DNA of 64,000 nt, from the NCBI GenBank assembly GCA_049320885.1, contig JBMORA010000009.1, positions 1 to 64,000 of the forward strand. Reading direction: 5' to 3'. Source of the stretch: Thermodesulfobacteriota bacterium. Its GTDB lineage: Bacteria > Desulfobacterota > Desulfobacteria > Desulfobacterales > SURF-7. Below the pieces are notes generated by a model. That model made no database searches, was not told where the DNA came from, and was given only the letters and a program-made list of their open reading frames with translations. Shown piece by piece: positions 39,522 to 48,086 of this stretch. The first letter of the stretch is position 1, and every line of letters starts with the position of its first letter. A program made the position numbers and the translations under genes.

Positions 39522-40778
39522 ATGAAAAACCGATTTGTAATGTCATGTGTCATCTGGCTTTGTCTGTCCCGCGGTATGCTTTGGGCCGCGGATCTTTCGG
39601 TTTCCGATTTCGGCCAGCTGATTTCCGCCCTGGACAGCGCCGCGCCGGGGGATACAATTTTGATGGCGGACGGGGTCTATCAGATATCCGGAACCTGGGC
39701 CGTCGCCGTGACAACGCCGGATATTGTCATCCGCAGCGCTTCCGGAAACCGGGAGAACGTCATCGTCAATGGAATGGGGATGAACGCGGCAGGGCATCAC
39801 GGGTTTTGGGTCAGCGCCCATGATGTTACCATCCGGGATCTCACGGTGCAGAATGTGCGCAACCATTGCATTCAGACCGACATAAATGTGGACAATCTGC
39901 GGATTGTCAATTGTGTGTTGCGGGATGCGGGGGAGCAGATTCTGAAGGTTCCCTTCAGCAGCGGAATCGCTGATCCCGCGGAAAACGGAATCGTCGAAAA
40001 CTGCCTGTTCGAATACAGCGCCGGATTCGGACCGCGATCCTATATAGGTGGAATCGATGTGCATTTTGGAAGGGATTGGATCGTCCGGGACAATACATTC
40101 CGTTTTATTCGAAGCCCCGGGGGATCTCTCGCGGAGCATGCCGTCCATTTCTGGACCAATTCGGAAGGCACGCTGGTGGAGCGCAACAAGATCATCACCT
40201 GCGACCGGGGAATCGGGTTCGGTTTAGGATCGAGCGGTCACACAGGGGGTGTTATCCGGAACAACATGATCTATCACGATGGCAGCCCCGGATTCAACGA
40301 CGTGGGTATCGGTCTGGAAAACGCGAGCGATGTGACGGTATGCAACAACACCATATGCCAACTTTCCTCATACCCGAACGGGATCGAATACCGCTTTCCG
40401 GGAACGACGGCGAGAATCGAGAACAATTTGAGCAATAAAGCCATCGCCGGCCGGGACGGCGGTGCGGCGATTTTTGGCGGCAATCTGACCAACGCCCTGG
40501 AATCCTGGTTTGCGGAGCCGGAAAGCGGTGATCTGCATCTGGCCTTTCGGGTTGAAAGCGTGGTGGATCAGGGGATATTCAGCGAGCATGTCCAGGATGA
40601 CTACGACCGGCAGGTGCGTTCTCCAGGTTCTGCCATGGATATCGGTGCGGATGAATTGTCTTTCTGCCGGCCGGATGGCGATATGGATGCAGACGTTGAC
40701 GGCAGCGACCTGGTTCATTTCCTGGAGAACTATCAGGACGGCTGTCTTGCAGAATTCGCCGTGGCATTCGGTCGCTGA
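39522..40778 (+). CDS. Exported right-handed beta-helix protein with C-terminal dockerin-like tag
   Basis: Signal peptide; AAPGDTILMADGVY; GIDVH, IRNN repeats; DIGADE; DGDMDADVDGSDL...FAVAFGR. Confidence 0.85.
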   Translation: MKNRFVMSCVIWLCLSRGMLWAADLSVSDFGQLISALDSAAPGDTILMADGVYQISGTWAVAVTTPDIVIRSASGNRENVIVNGMGMNAAGHHGFWVSAHDVTIRDLTVQNVRNHCIQTDINVDNLRIVNCVLRDAGEQILKVPFSSGIADPAENGIVENCLFEYSAGFGPRSYIGGIDVHFGRDWIVRDNTFRFIRSPGGSLAEHAVHFWTNSEGTLVERNKIITCDRGIGFGLGSSGHTGGVIRNNMIYHDGSPGFNDVGIGLENASDVTVCNNTICQLSSYPNGIEYRFPGTTARIENNLSNKAIAGRDGGAAIFGGNLTNALESWFAEPESGDLHLAFRVESVVDQGIFSEHVQDDYDRQVRSPGSAMDIGADELSFCRPDGDMDADVDGSDLVHFLENYQDGCLAEFAVAFGR

Positions 40779-40795
40779 TCCTTCGCGGTCTGGTG

Positions 40796-41434
40796 CTAGA
40801 AGAGGAGTGTAATGAAACAGATGCCGCTGCTGGAGGAATCGCCGGAATCGGAACCGCCGTCGCTTTCCGGGTTCCCCGGGGAATCGGCGCTTAGGGTCAC
40901 GGCGCCGAAGCGCAGGGCCTGGGTGTCATCATCCAGAATAACGTTGCCGGTTGTCACAAAATTTTTATAATCGCCGTTTTTGCCGATGGAAAGCGAAACC
41001 GCGGGCGGATTGGCGGTTGCGCGGTTGAAACGGACCGTGCCGAGAAGGATTTTATCACCACCGACGCCCGCGGCGGGATTGTCGGCGTCAAGCTTGCCTC
41101 CCACGATGATCACCTCTCCCGGATTGGTCGTCACCGGATCCACATACGCGTGTCGCTGGGCGCCCTGGCCGAAATACCAAGTCTCCTCGTTTTTTTCGGC
41201 GCTGACGAGGGAAAGATCGGCGGGGTTATACGACAACTTTACACCGAAACTGATCAGATTTCCGGATTGGATATCAGCATATATCCTTACGGTTACCATG
41301 CTTTCCGAAAATTCTCCCTCGCCGTAGACATGAACCGTCTCTGAAAGAGCCCGTCCGGGGAGGCTGAGCGTTGCAAAAAGGATCAGGAGCGGGAGCAGGC
41401 GGAATTGTGAGTCCTGCTGCGGGAAGGAGCGCAT
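40796..41434 (-). CDS. Exported cohesin-like protein with Ser/Gly/Asp linker and C-terminal CFI tail
   Basis: Clear paralog of the 35930 N-domain (SAEKNE.W, PGEVI..GGKLD, ILLG.V.FNR, Y.NFV); ends SSGICFITLLF. Confidence 0.75.
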   Translation of the reverse strand: MRSFPQQDSQFRLLPLLILFATLSLPGRALSETVHVYGEGEFSESMVTVRIYADIQSGNLISFGVKLSYNPADLSLVSAEKNEETWYFGQGAQRHAYVDPVTTNPGEVIIVGGKLDADNPAAGVGGDKILLGTVRFNRATANPPAVSLSIGKNGDYKNFVTTGNVILDDDTQALRFGAVTLSADSPGNPESDGGSDSGDSSSSGICFITLLF

Positions 41435-41664
41435 GGTTCAACATCCTTTCAAGTGGTTGGAATGCAATACCGGTTCGAAGTACCCTGCAGTTTCCTTACT
41501 CAATCGGTATTGAAATAGCAACCAGCTTTCTTTGTTTTTCGCATGTGAGCCTCGCTCCGACGTTGGTGAAGGGCTTGCCTTTTCAATTGATTAACCTTAG
41601 ATTTGATGATAACGATTATCGCTCGCCGGAAAGGCGCAGCAAAGAAGGATGCCGGAGCGCGAAT

Positions 41665-44613
41665 ATGCGAAAAAGATGTCTGACGATAGTGGTCTGCCTG
41701 ATGGTGTTGTCGGGGATTCATCCGCTCATCAAATTCACGGGAAAGCCTGGAATCCCCCATGCATGGAGTCTCCATTTCCGCACTGGCGCTGTGGCTGACG
41801 CGGCCGGCCTGGAAAACGGCACGGGGCTTGTGATCTGGCCCCATGAAAAAAGCGATCTGTCTCCGGACCCGGACGTCCGATATGGCCGATTTCCAAATGG
41901 ATTTCGATATATTTTGAAACACAACCAGGAACCGCGCAACCGGGTCAGCGCCCATCTTGTCATTCAGACCGGTTCCCTCAATGAAACCGAAGAGGAACGC
42001 GGTCTGGCTCATTTTCTGGAACATATGCTGTTCAACGGCACAACCCATTTCCCGCCGGGGGAGATGGTGAAATATTTCCAGCGCATCGGAATGCAGTTCG
42101 GACCGGATGCCAATGCGCACACCGGATTCAATGAGACGATCTATGATGTGCTGCTGCCCCTGGGGGACCGGAAACACCTGGAGGAAGCCCTGGTGGTTCT
42201 GCTGGATTACGCCCAGGGCGCACTCCTGCTTCCGGAAGAGATCGAGCGGGAGCGCAATGTTGTTTTGGCGGAAAAACGCACCCGGGATTCGGCCGAATAC
42301 CGGATCATGGAAGCGTCCCTGAATTTTGAGATGCCGGATACGCTTTTGCCCAAGCGGCTGCCCATCGGTTTGGAACCGGTCATCCGCAAAGCGGATCAGG
42401 CATTGTTCAAAGGGTTTTATGATGCCTGGTACCGGCCGGACAATATGATCGTTGTGATGGTGGGCGACTTTGATCCGACGGTGGCCGCCCAATTGCTGGA
42501 GGAAAAATTCGCCGGAATGATTCCCAGGGCTCCGTGGCGGCCGCTGCCTGATCTCGGTGAGCTGGCACATGAGGGCCTCAAGATATTCCACCACTATGAG
42601 AAAGAATCCGGCAAGACCGCCGTTACCATCGAGCGGATCAAAAAAGTCATGCCGGAACCGGATTCGTTCGATTACCAGAAACGCATGCTCGAAAAATACA
42701 TGGCGGACCGCATTGTTCAAAACCGGCTGGACAAACTGGTGAAGAAGCCGGATTCACCTTTCACCAGCGCCACGGTCAGCTCGGGAATCCACCTGCAGGA
42801 ATTTTTTTACGCGGATTTGATGGCCCATTGCCGCCCGGAAAACTGGTCGCAGTCTCTGGCCAAGATGGAAAAGGTGTTGCGAAAGGCGCTGCAATTCGGC
42901 TTCACGGAGAACGAGATCGAGAGGGTCAAGAAGGATCTCCTGGCGGAAATGGACAAGGCCGAAAAGGGAGCCGCAACCCGCAACAGCCAGTCGCTGGCAT
43001 ATGAAATCATATGGAATCTGGACAACGACAGGGTGTTTCAATCTCCCAAACAGGAAAAGGCGCTCTTCGCCCCGGTGGTGGGTTCGGTCACGGCGGCACA
43101 GCTCCATGAGGCCTTCCAGGATACCTGGGCCGAGGATTCGCGCTTGGTCCTGGTGACGGGAAACGCCGACATCGAACCGGCTCCAGAGGCGGCCATCCGT
43201 GAGGTGTTTGCGGCAAGCCGGAACGTCGCGGTCCAAAAACCAAAGGCGGTGGAATCCGCCCGGTTCCCCTATCTGCAGCCGGCCGAAACGCCGCTCCAGA
43301 TCGCAAAACGCGAGGACATCACGGATCTGGGAATTACCGTGATCGATTTTCAAAATGGTGTCCGCTTGAATTTGAAGCCGACCAGGTTCAAAGAAAACGA
43401 ACTGTTGGCGGCATTGCGTTTCGGCCGGGGCCGGTATGGGGAACCGGTGGACCAGGAGGGGCTGGCGGTGCTGGCCGAGGCGGTCTTGAACGAAAGTGGA
43501 ACCGCCACCTTGGACAAGGAGGAGTTGGCCGAGGCCTTGGCCGGTAAGATCACCCAGGTCCGGTTTCAGATCCGCGATGAAGCCATGGAAATGGCCGGCC
43601 GCAGCAGCCCGGAAGAGACCGAGCTGCTGTTTCAGCTTTTCCAGGCCTATCTTCGGGACACCGGGTTCCGTGAAGACGCCTATCAACTGGTGAAAGAGCG
43701 CTTTCGTCAGCGCTATGAGGCGCTCCAGCATTCGCCGGATGGCGCCATGGAACTGCATGGGAAGCGCTTTCTGGCCGGAGGAGACTCCCGGTTCGGTATG
43801 CCTGCGTATGAAAAGCTGACGGAAAGCTCATTGGACCGGATCCGCCAGTGGGTCCAGGACCAACGCGCCGGCACGGCGGTGGAACTTTCCATGGTGGGTG
43901 ATTTCGACGTGGAGACAGTGATTTCCCTGGCTTCCCGTTATCTGGGAACATTCCCGGCGCCGGTTTCCAAAGCAGAACCAGAAGACCTGCGGAGACCACA
44001 ATTCCCGGCCGGCAAATCACTTGCGCTGAAGGTGCCCACGGAGATCCCCAAGGGGCTCGTCGATGTGGCCTATCCCACGGATGATTTCTGGGACATCAGC
44101 CGGACCCGCCGAATGGTCATCCTGGGGGAGATCGTTTCGGAAATGATGCGCGTCAAAATACGGGAAAAGCTGGGCGCCTCCTATTCCTCCTACGCCTATA
44201 ACGATGCCAGCCGTGTCTATAGAGGCTATGGCGTGTTTCATGCCGTTGTGCAGGTGGCGCCGGAAGACGCGGAAATGGTGGTTCGGGAAATCCATCAGAT
44301 AGTGGAAGATATCCGTAATAACGGTGTCGGCGACGATTTGTTGAAGAGAGCCCTTGATCCGGTGCTGACCAGCCTGAAAGACATGCTCAGAACCAATCCC
44401 TACTGGTTGAACAGTGTCATGCAGGGCATGCGGCGGCATCCCCAGCAGCTGGAATGGGCCCGGACCCTGCTGCCCGATTACAGCAGCATCACCAGGAAGG
44501 ATGTCCGGGATTTCGCCCTGCGGTATCTTGACAACCGGAAAGCGGCCAGGATCGTGATCACGCCGGATAAACCAGAAAATGAGCCGCCCGGGGGCAAGCA
44601 GGGAGAATCATGA
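41665..44613 (+). CDS. M16 family zinc peptidase (PqqL-like), exported
   Basis: GLAHFLEHMLFNG inverted HxxEH, NAHTG, WYRPDNM, IREKLG; N-terminal hydrophobic segment. Confidence 0.93.
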   Translation: MRKRCLTIVVCLMVLSGIHPLIKFTGKPGIPHAWSLHFRTGAVADAAGLENGTGLVIWPHEKSDLSPDPDVRYGRFPNGFRYILKHNQEPRNRVSAHLVIQTGSLNETEEERGLAHFLEHMLFNGTTHFPPGEMVKYFQRIGMQFGPDANAHTGFNETIYDVLLPLGDRKHLEEALVVLLDYAQGALLLPEEIERERNVVLAEKRTRDSAEYRIMEASLNFEMPDTLLPKRLPIGLEPVIRKADQALFKGFYDAWYRPDNMIVVMVGDFDPTVAAQLLEEKFAGMIPRAPWRPLPDLGELAHEGLKIFHHYEKESGKTAVTIERIKKVMPEPDSFDYQKRMLEKYMADRIVQNRLDKLVKKPDSPFTSATVSSGIHLQEFFYADLMAHCRPENWSQSLAKMEKVLRKALQFGFTENEIERVKKDLLAEMDKAEKGAATRNSQSLAYEIIWNLDNDRVFQSPKQEKALFAPVVGSVTAAQLHEAFQDTWAEDSRLVLVTGNADIEPAPEAAIREVFAASRNVAVQKPKAVESARFPYLQPAETPLQIAKREDITDLGITVIDFQNGVRLNLKPTRFKENELLAALRFGRGRYGEPVDQEGLAVLAEAVLNESGTATLDKEELAEALAGKITQVRFQIRDEAMEMAGRSSPEETELLFQLFQAYLRDTGFREDAYQLVKERFRQRYEALQHSPDGAMELHGKRFLAGGDSRFGMPAYEKLTESSLDRIRQWVQDQRAGTAVELSMVGDFDVETVISLASRYLGTFPAPVSKAEPEDLRRPQFPAGKSLALKVPTEIPKGLVDVAYPTDDFWDISRTRRMVILGEIVSEMMRVKIREKLGASYSSYAYNDASRVYRGYGVFHAVVQVAPEDAEMVVREIHQIVEDIRNNGVGDDLLKRALDPVLTSLKDMLRTNPYWLNSVMQGMRRHPQQLEWARTLLPDYSSITRKDVRDFALRYLDNRKAARIVITPDKPENEPPGGKQGES

Positions 44614-45434
44614 TACGCCCCCTGCTCCTTTTTTTCATGGCCACCGCCATGGCCTTCGCGGGCTCCGAAGCCCTCCGGGCCGAAGGACACAAGCCCCTGC
44701 CGTTTACCAACGACCTGGGTATGAAGTTTGTCTATCTTCCACCGGGCACCTTTCTGATGGGCAGCCCCCTGGATGAATTGTATCGCAATCCGGATGAGGA
44801 ACTGCATCCCGTAACGCTGAGCCGGGGATTTTTCATGCAGACCACCGAGGTGACCCAGCGTCAGTGGCGATCGGTCATGGGTTACAATCCTTCCAAATAC
44901 AAGGAGTGTGGAAGTGATTGCCCGGTGGAAATGGTCACCTGGAATGCTGTCCAGGCGTTTATCCGCAGGCTGAACGCCCGGAGCCGGGACATACAGTATC
45001 GTCTGCCGACGGAAGCGGAATGGGAATATGCCTGCCGCGCCGGAACGCGCACCCCGTTCTTTTATGGTGACTATCTGTCGTCGGATCAGGCCAATTATAA
45101 TGGCCATTTCCCGCTTCCCGGAACACCGCGGGGGATCAACCGCAACAGCACCATGCCGGTGGGAAGCTTTCCACCCAACGCTTTCGGCCTGTATGATCTG
45201 CACGGCAACGTGGTTGAATGGTGCCAGGATTATTATGGCGCCTATCCGCCGGGGGCGGTAACCGATCCCGTCGGTCCGGCGCGGGGGATGTCCCGGGTCT
45301 GCCGGGGGGGCGGGATGAGCAGCTATGCCCGGCGCTGCCGTTCGGCAAACCGTACCCGGCATTTACCGGATTATTGGAATTTTTACATCGGCTTCCGTCT
45401 GGTCTGTTCCGTAACGCCGAAGGGAACCAAATGA
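44610..45434 (+). CDS. FGE-sulfatase (SUMF1)-fold domain protein, exported
   Basis: GTFLMGSP, TEVTQ, YRLPTEAEWEYACRAG, NAFGLYDLHGNVVEWC, GFRL. Confidence 0.92.
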   Translation: MIRPLLLFFMATAMAFAGSEALRAEGHKPLPFTNDLGMKFVYLPPGTFLMGSPLDELYRNPDEELHPVTLSRGFFMQTTEVTQRQWRSVMGYNPSKYKECGSDCPVEMVTWNAVQAFIRRLNARSRDIQYRLPTEAEWEYACRAGTRTPFFYGDYLSSDQANYNGHFPLPGTPRGINRNSTMPVGSFPPNAFGLYDLHGNVVEWCQDYYGAYPPGAVTDPVGPARGMSRVCRGGGMSSYARRCRSANRTRHLPDYWNFYIGFRLVCSVTPKGTK

Positions 45435-46156
45435 GAAGCCGGGAATTGATACGTCGCGGCCGGGTTGCATGGCTTTGTTTTTTTTTCACCGCCGTTCCCT
45501 GCCTGGCGGCGCCACCCACGCCGCCGGACGAGGTGATCCGGGACGCGGAAGCGGTGGCGGCCGCAAGCCAGGACATTTTTCGAAAACTGTTCTTCAGTAG
45601 TTCTTATAATAGCCTGAAATGTCAAGATAATATATATAATTTACTGGTCGAGATCCGCCGCGCCAACCTGGACCTCTCCCAGGTGAAGGTGCTGGTTATT
45701 TTTGATAAGGATCATGACCGGTTGATCCCGACAAAAGAAAAAAAGGAAAAAAAGTATTACGGCGTTGAGCGTCCCGATATCACGACCTATCGGACCCGTT
45801 CGGTGCCGTCCCGCCAACCGCCGCCCAACCGGTTCCGGTATCATGTACTGGCGGTGGTTCAGGACAAGGTGCTGGATTTTGATTATACCGACAGTCCGGC
45901 CTTTCCGCTGGTAACGGAATATGTCGACGGCATGTTCTGTGACGGAAAACTTTCCCGGCAGGAGCGGCGCGACCTGTTTAACCGTCTGATTCTGAGAATC
46001 ATTTCAGCCGAGGATTACCTGCGGGATCATCCCCAGCACCCGAGCTATTATTTGTTCGATCTGGACCGCAAATATCCGTCCCGAACAGTGGAGGAATATC
46101 TTCAAGGTGCGCCGGTTTTGCCGGCGTCACCTCCGGAACCGGTGCAGGTCCGGTGA
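45431..46156 (+). CDS. Exported papain-like Cys-His-Asp enzyme, NTAQ1 (N-terminal glutamine amidohydrolase)-like
   Basis: Signal peptide; Y...CQDNI, YHVL, VLDFD, LRIISAEDYL; ATGA overlap with the previous gene. Confidence 0.6.
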   Translation: MRSRELIRRGRVAWLCFFFTAVPCLAAPPTPPDEVIRDAEAVAAASQDIFRKLFFSSSYNSLKCQDNIYNLLVEIRRANLDLSQVKVLVIFDKDHDRLIPTKEKKEKKYYGVERPDITTYRTRSVPSRQPPPNRFRYHVLAVVQDKVLDFDYTDSPAFPLVTEYVDGMFCDGKLSRQERRDLFNRLILRIISAEDYLRDHPQHPSYYLFDLDRKYPSRTVEEYLQGAPVLPASPPEPVQVR

Positions 46157-46174
46157 GGGCATGACCCTTTGGTG

Positions 46175-46969
46175 TTAGGAAATATCTGTTATATCAAATA
46201 ATTGTAATGTATTGTTCCAGATGGTGGCCGCCAGCGCGGCAGGCTCCTCGCCACGCACTGCCGCGAGTTTCAGAAAAGTGGAACGCACAAACGCCGGTTC
46301 ATTTCGGCGAAAGCGATTGCGCTCCGGAGTCGGCGTCAGGTAGGGCGCATCGGTTTCCACCACCAGCCGGTCCCCGGGGATTTCCGGCACCATTTCACGG
46401 AGCTGTTCTCCGCGCTGCCGGTTGGTCAGAATGCCGGTGATCCCGATATGGAGCCCCATGTCGACATAGTTCCGCATTTCCTCTACGGTGCCGGAAAAAC
46501 AATGCACCACCCCTCGGCGGGATCTCCGGTGGTGGGATTTCAGGATATCCAGGAATCGACCGCCGCTGTCCCGCTCATGAAAAATCAGGGGCAGGTCCAG
46601 CTCATCGGCGATTTCGATCTGGCGATGAAACCAATGCTCCTGGTCTTGTTGGGGGGAGAACATGCGGTTGAAGTCCAAACCGGTTTCACCCCAGGCCCGC
46701 ACTTTGGGATGCCGGGCCAGCTGTTTCAAACGCCCGAGGGATTTTTCACTGCATTCCGCCGCATCGTGGGGGTGAATTCCAATGGATGCATAGACGCCTG
46801 AATATTTTTCGGCCAGGGCGATGGCGTGCTCCGAGGTTTCCAGGGTGATTCCCACCGTCATCACGGCTTTGACCCCAGCCCTGGCGCCCCGGGCCATGAC
46901 CTCCGGGAGATCGGCGGAAAAAGACGCATCGTCCAGATGGCAGTGGCTGTCAAACAGCTTTTGCTCCAT
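46175..46969 (-). CDS. tatD: TatD family hydrolase
   Basis: DSHCHL, GIHPH, GETGLD, HER, HCFSG, ETDAPYL. Confidence 0.93.
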   Translation of the reverse strand: MEQKLFDSHCHLDDASFSADLPEVMARGARAGVKAVMTVGITLETSEHAIALAEKYSGVYASIGIHPHDAAECSEKSLGRLKQLARHPKVRAWGETGLDFNRMFSPQQDQEHWFHRQIEIADELDLPLIFHERDSGGRFLDILKSHHRRSRRGVVHCFSGTVEEMRNYVDMGLHIGITGILTNRQRGEQLREMVPEIPGDRLVVETDAPYLTPTPERNRFRRNEPAFVRSTFLKLAAVRGEEPAALAATIWNNTLQLFDITDIS

Positions 46970-47203
46970 TTTTTCCGTGCCTTTCTGCTTCGTTATGGGC
47001 TGATCGATGAACGGGGTCTTCCATATCATTGTTTGTTCCGGGGGGCAATCTTTCCAGCAGGCCTAATGAACTGCGCCCTGAATTAAGTGTTGCATTTATT
47101 ATGAGTATAAGCTTATAAATACCATTTGCGTCGGGTTGAATTCGGATCAGCGTTCATCGCCGGGTGCGGCTGAACGGATCTATCTTATAAGGAGGATGAA
47201 TAT

Positions 47204-48034
47204 ATGTTCAAAATTGTTCGTCGGGAAGAAATGTCAGGGGGCACGGTGATTCTGAATGAAATTGAAGCACCGCTCATCGCCCGCAAGGCCAAACCGGGTC
47301 AGTTCGTTATCCTGAAGGCCAACGAGACCGGAGAAAGAATTCCCCTGACCATGGCGGATACCAATCCGGAAAAAGGCACCATCACCATCATTTACATGGT
47401 GGTGGGCAAATCCACTGCGCTTTTCAAAACCCTCAAGGTGGGCGAGGGATATCAGGATATCATCGGCCCGCTGGGAAAACCGACCCACCTGGAAAATGTC
47501 GGCACGGCGGTCTGCGTGGGCGGCGGAACGGGGATTGCGGTGTTGCACCCCATCACTCGCGGCCTCAAGCAGGCGGGAAATCACGTGATCAGCATCATCG
47601 GCGCCCGCAGCAAGGATATCCTCATTCTGGAAGACCAGATGCGGGCCGCTTCCCATGAACTGCATGTCTGCACGGACGACGGATCGTACGGCCATCACGG
47701 ATTCGTCACCGACGTGCTGAAAACCGTACTGCAGAGTCAAAAGGTCGGCCTGGTGGTCGGCATCGGTCCGGTGCCCATGATGAAGTTCGTATCCAAGATG
47801 ACAAAGGAATTCGGCGTCAAGACGCTGGTCAGCCTGAACCCCATCATGATCGACGGCACCGGCATGTGCGGCGGCTGCCGTGTTTCCGTGGGCGGCAAGA
47901 CCCAGTTCGCCTGCGTGGACGGGCCGGAATTTGACGGACACCTGGTGGATTTCGACGAATTGATGTTGCGCCTCCAGTCCTATTGCGAGGAAGAAAAAGA
48001 GTGCTACCAGGAATTCTGCACCCTGAAAGAATAA
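47204..48034 (+). CDS. nfnA: Electron-bifurcating transhydrogenase small subunit (NfnA/SudB)
   Basis: KPGQFVIL, ERIPLT, GPLG, GGGTG, DGTGMCGGCR, CVDGPEFD. Confidence 0.9.
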   Translation: MFKIVRREEMSGGTVILNEIEAPLIARKAKPGQFVILKANETGERIPLTMADTNPEKGTITIIYMVVGKSTALFKTLKVGEGYQDIIGPLGKPTHLENVGTAVCVGGGTGIAVLHPITRGLKQAGNHVISIIGARSKDILILEDQMRAASHELHVCTDDGSYGHHGFVTDVLKTVLQSQKVGLVVGIGPVPMMKFVSKMTKEFGVKTLVSLNPIMIDGTGMCGGCRVSVGGKTQFACVDGPEFDGHLVDFDELMLRLQSYCEEEKECYQEFCTLKE

Positions 48035-48086
48035 TCATGTGCTAGTGTGCATCCTAAAGATATCCGATCACACCATGGAGGATAGA

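Noticed and set aside
44610..45434. FGE/CLec-fold protein as a diversity-generating retroelement target
   Set aside because: No reverse transcriptase and no template-repeat copy of its 3' end seen in the window
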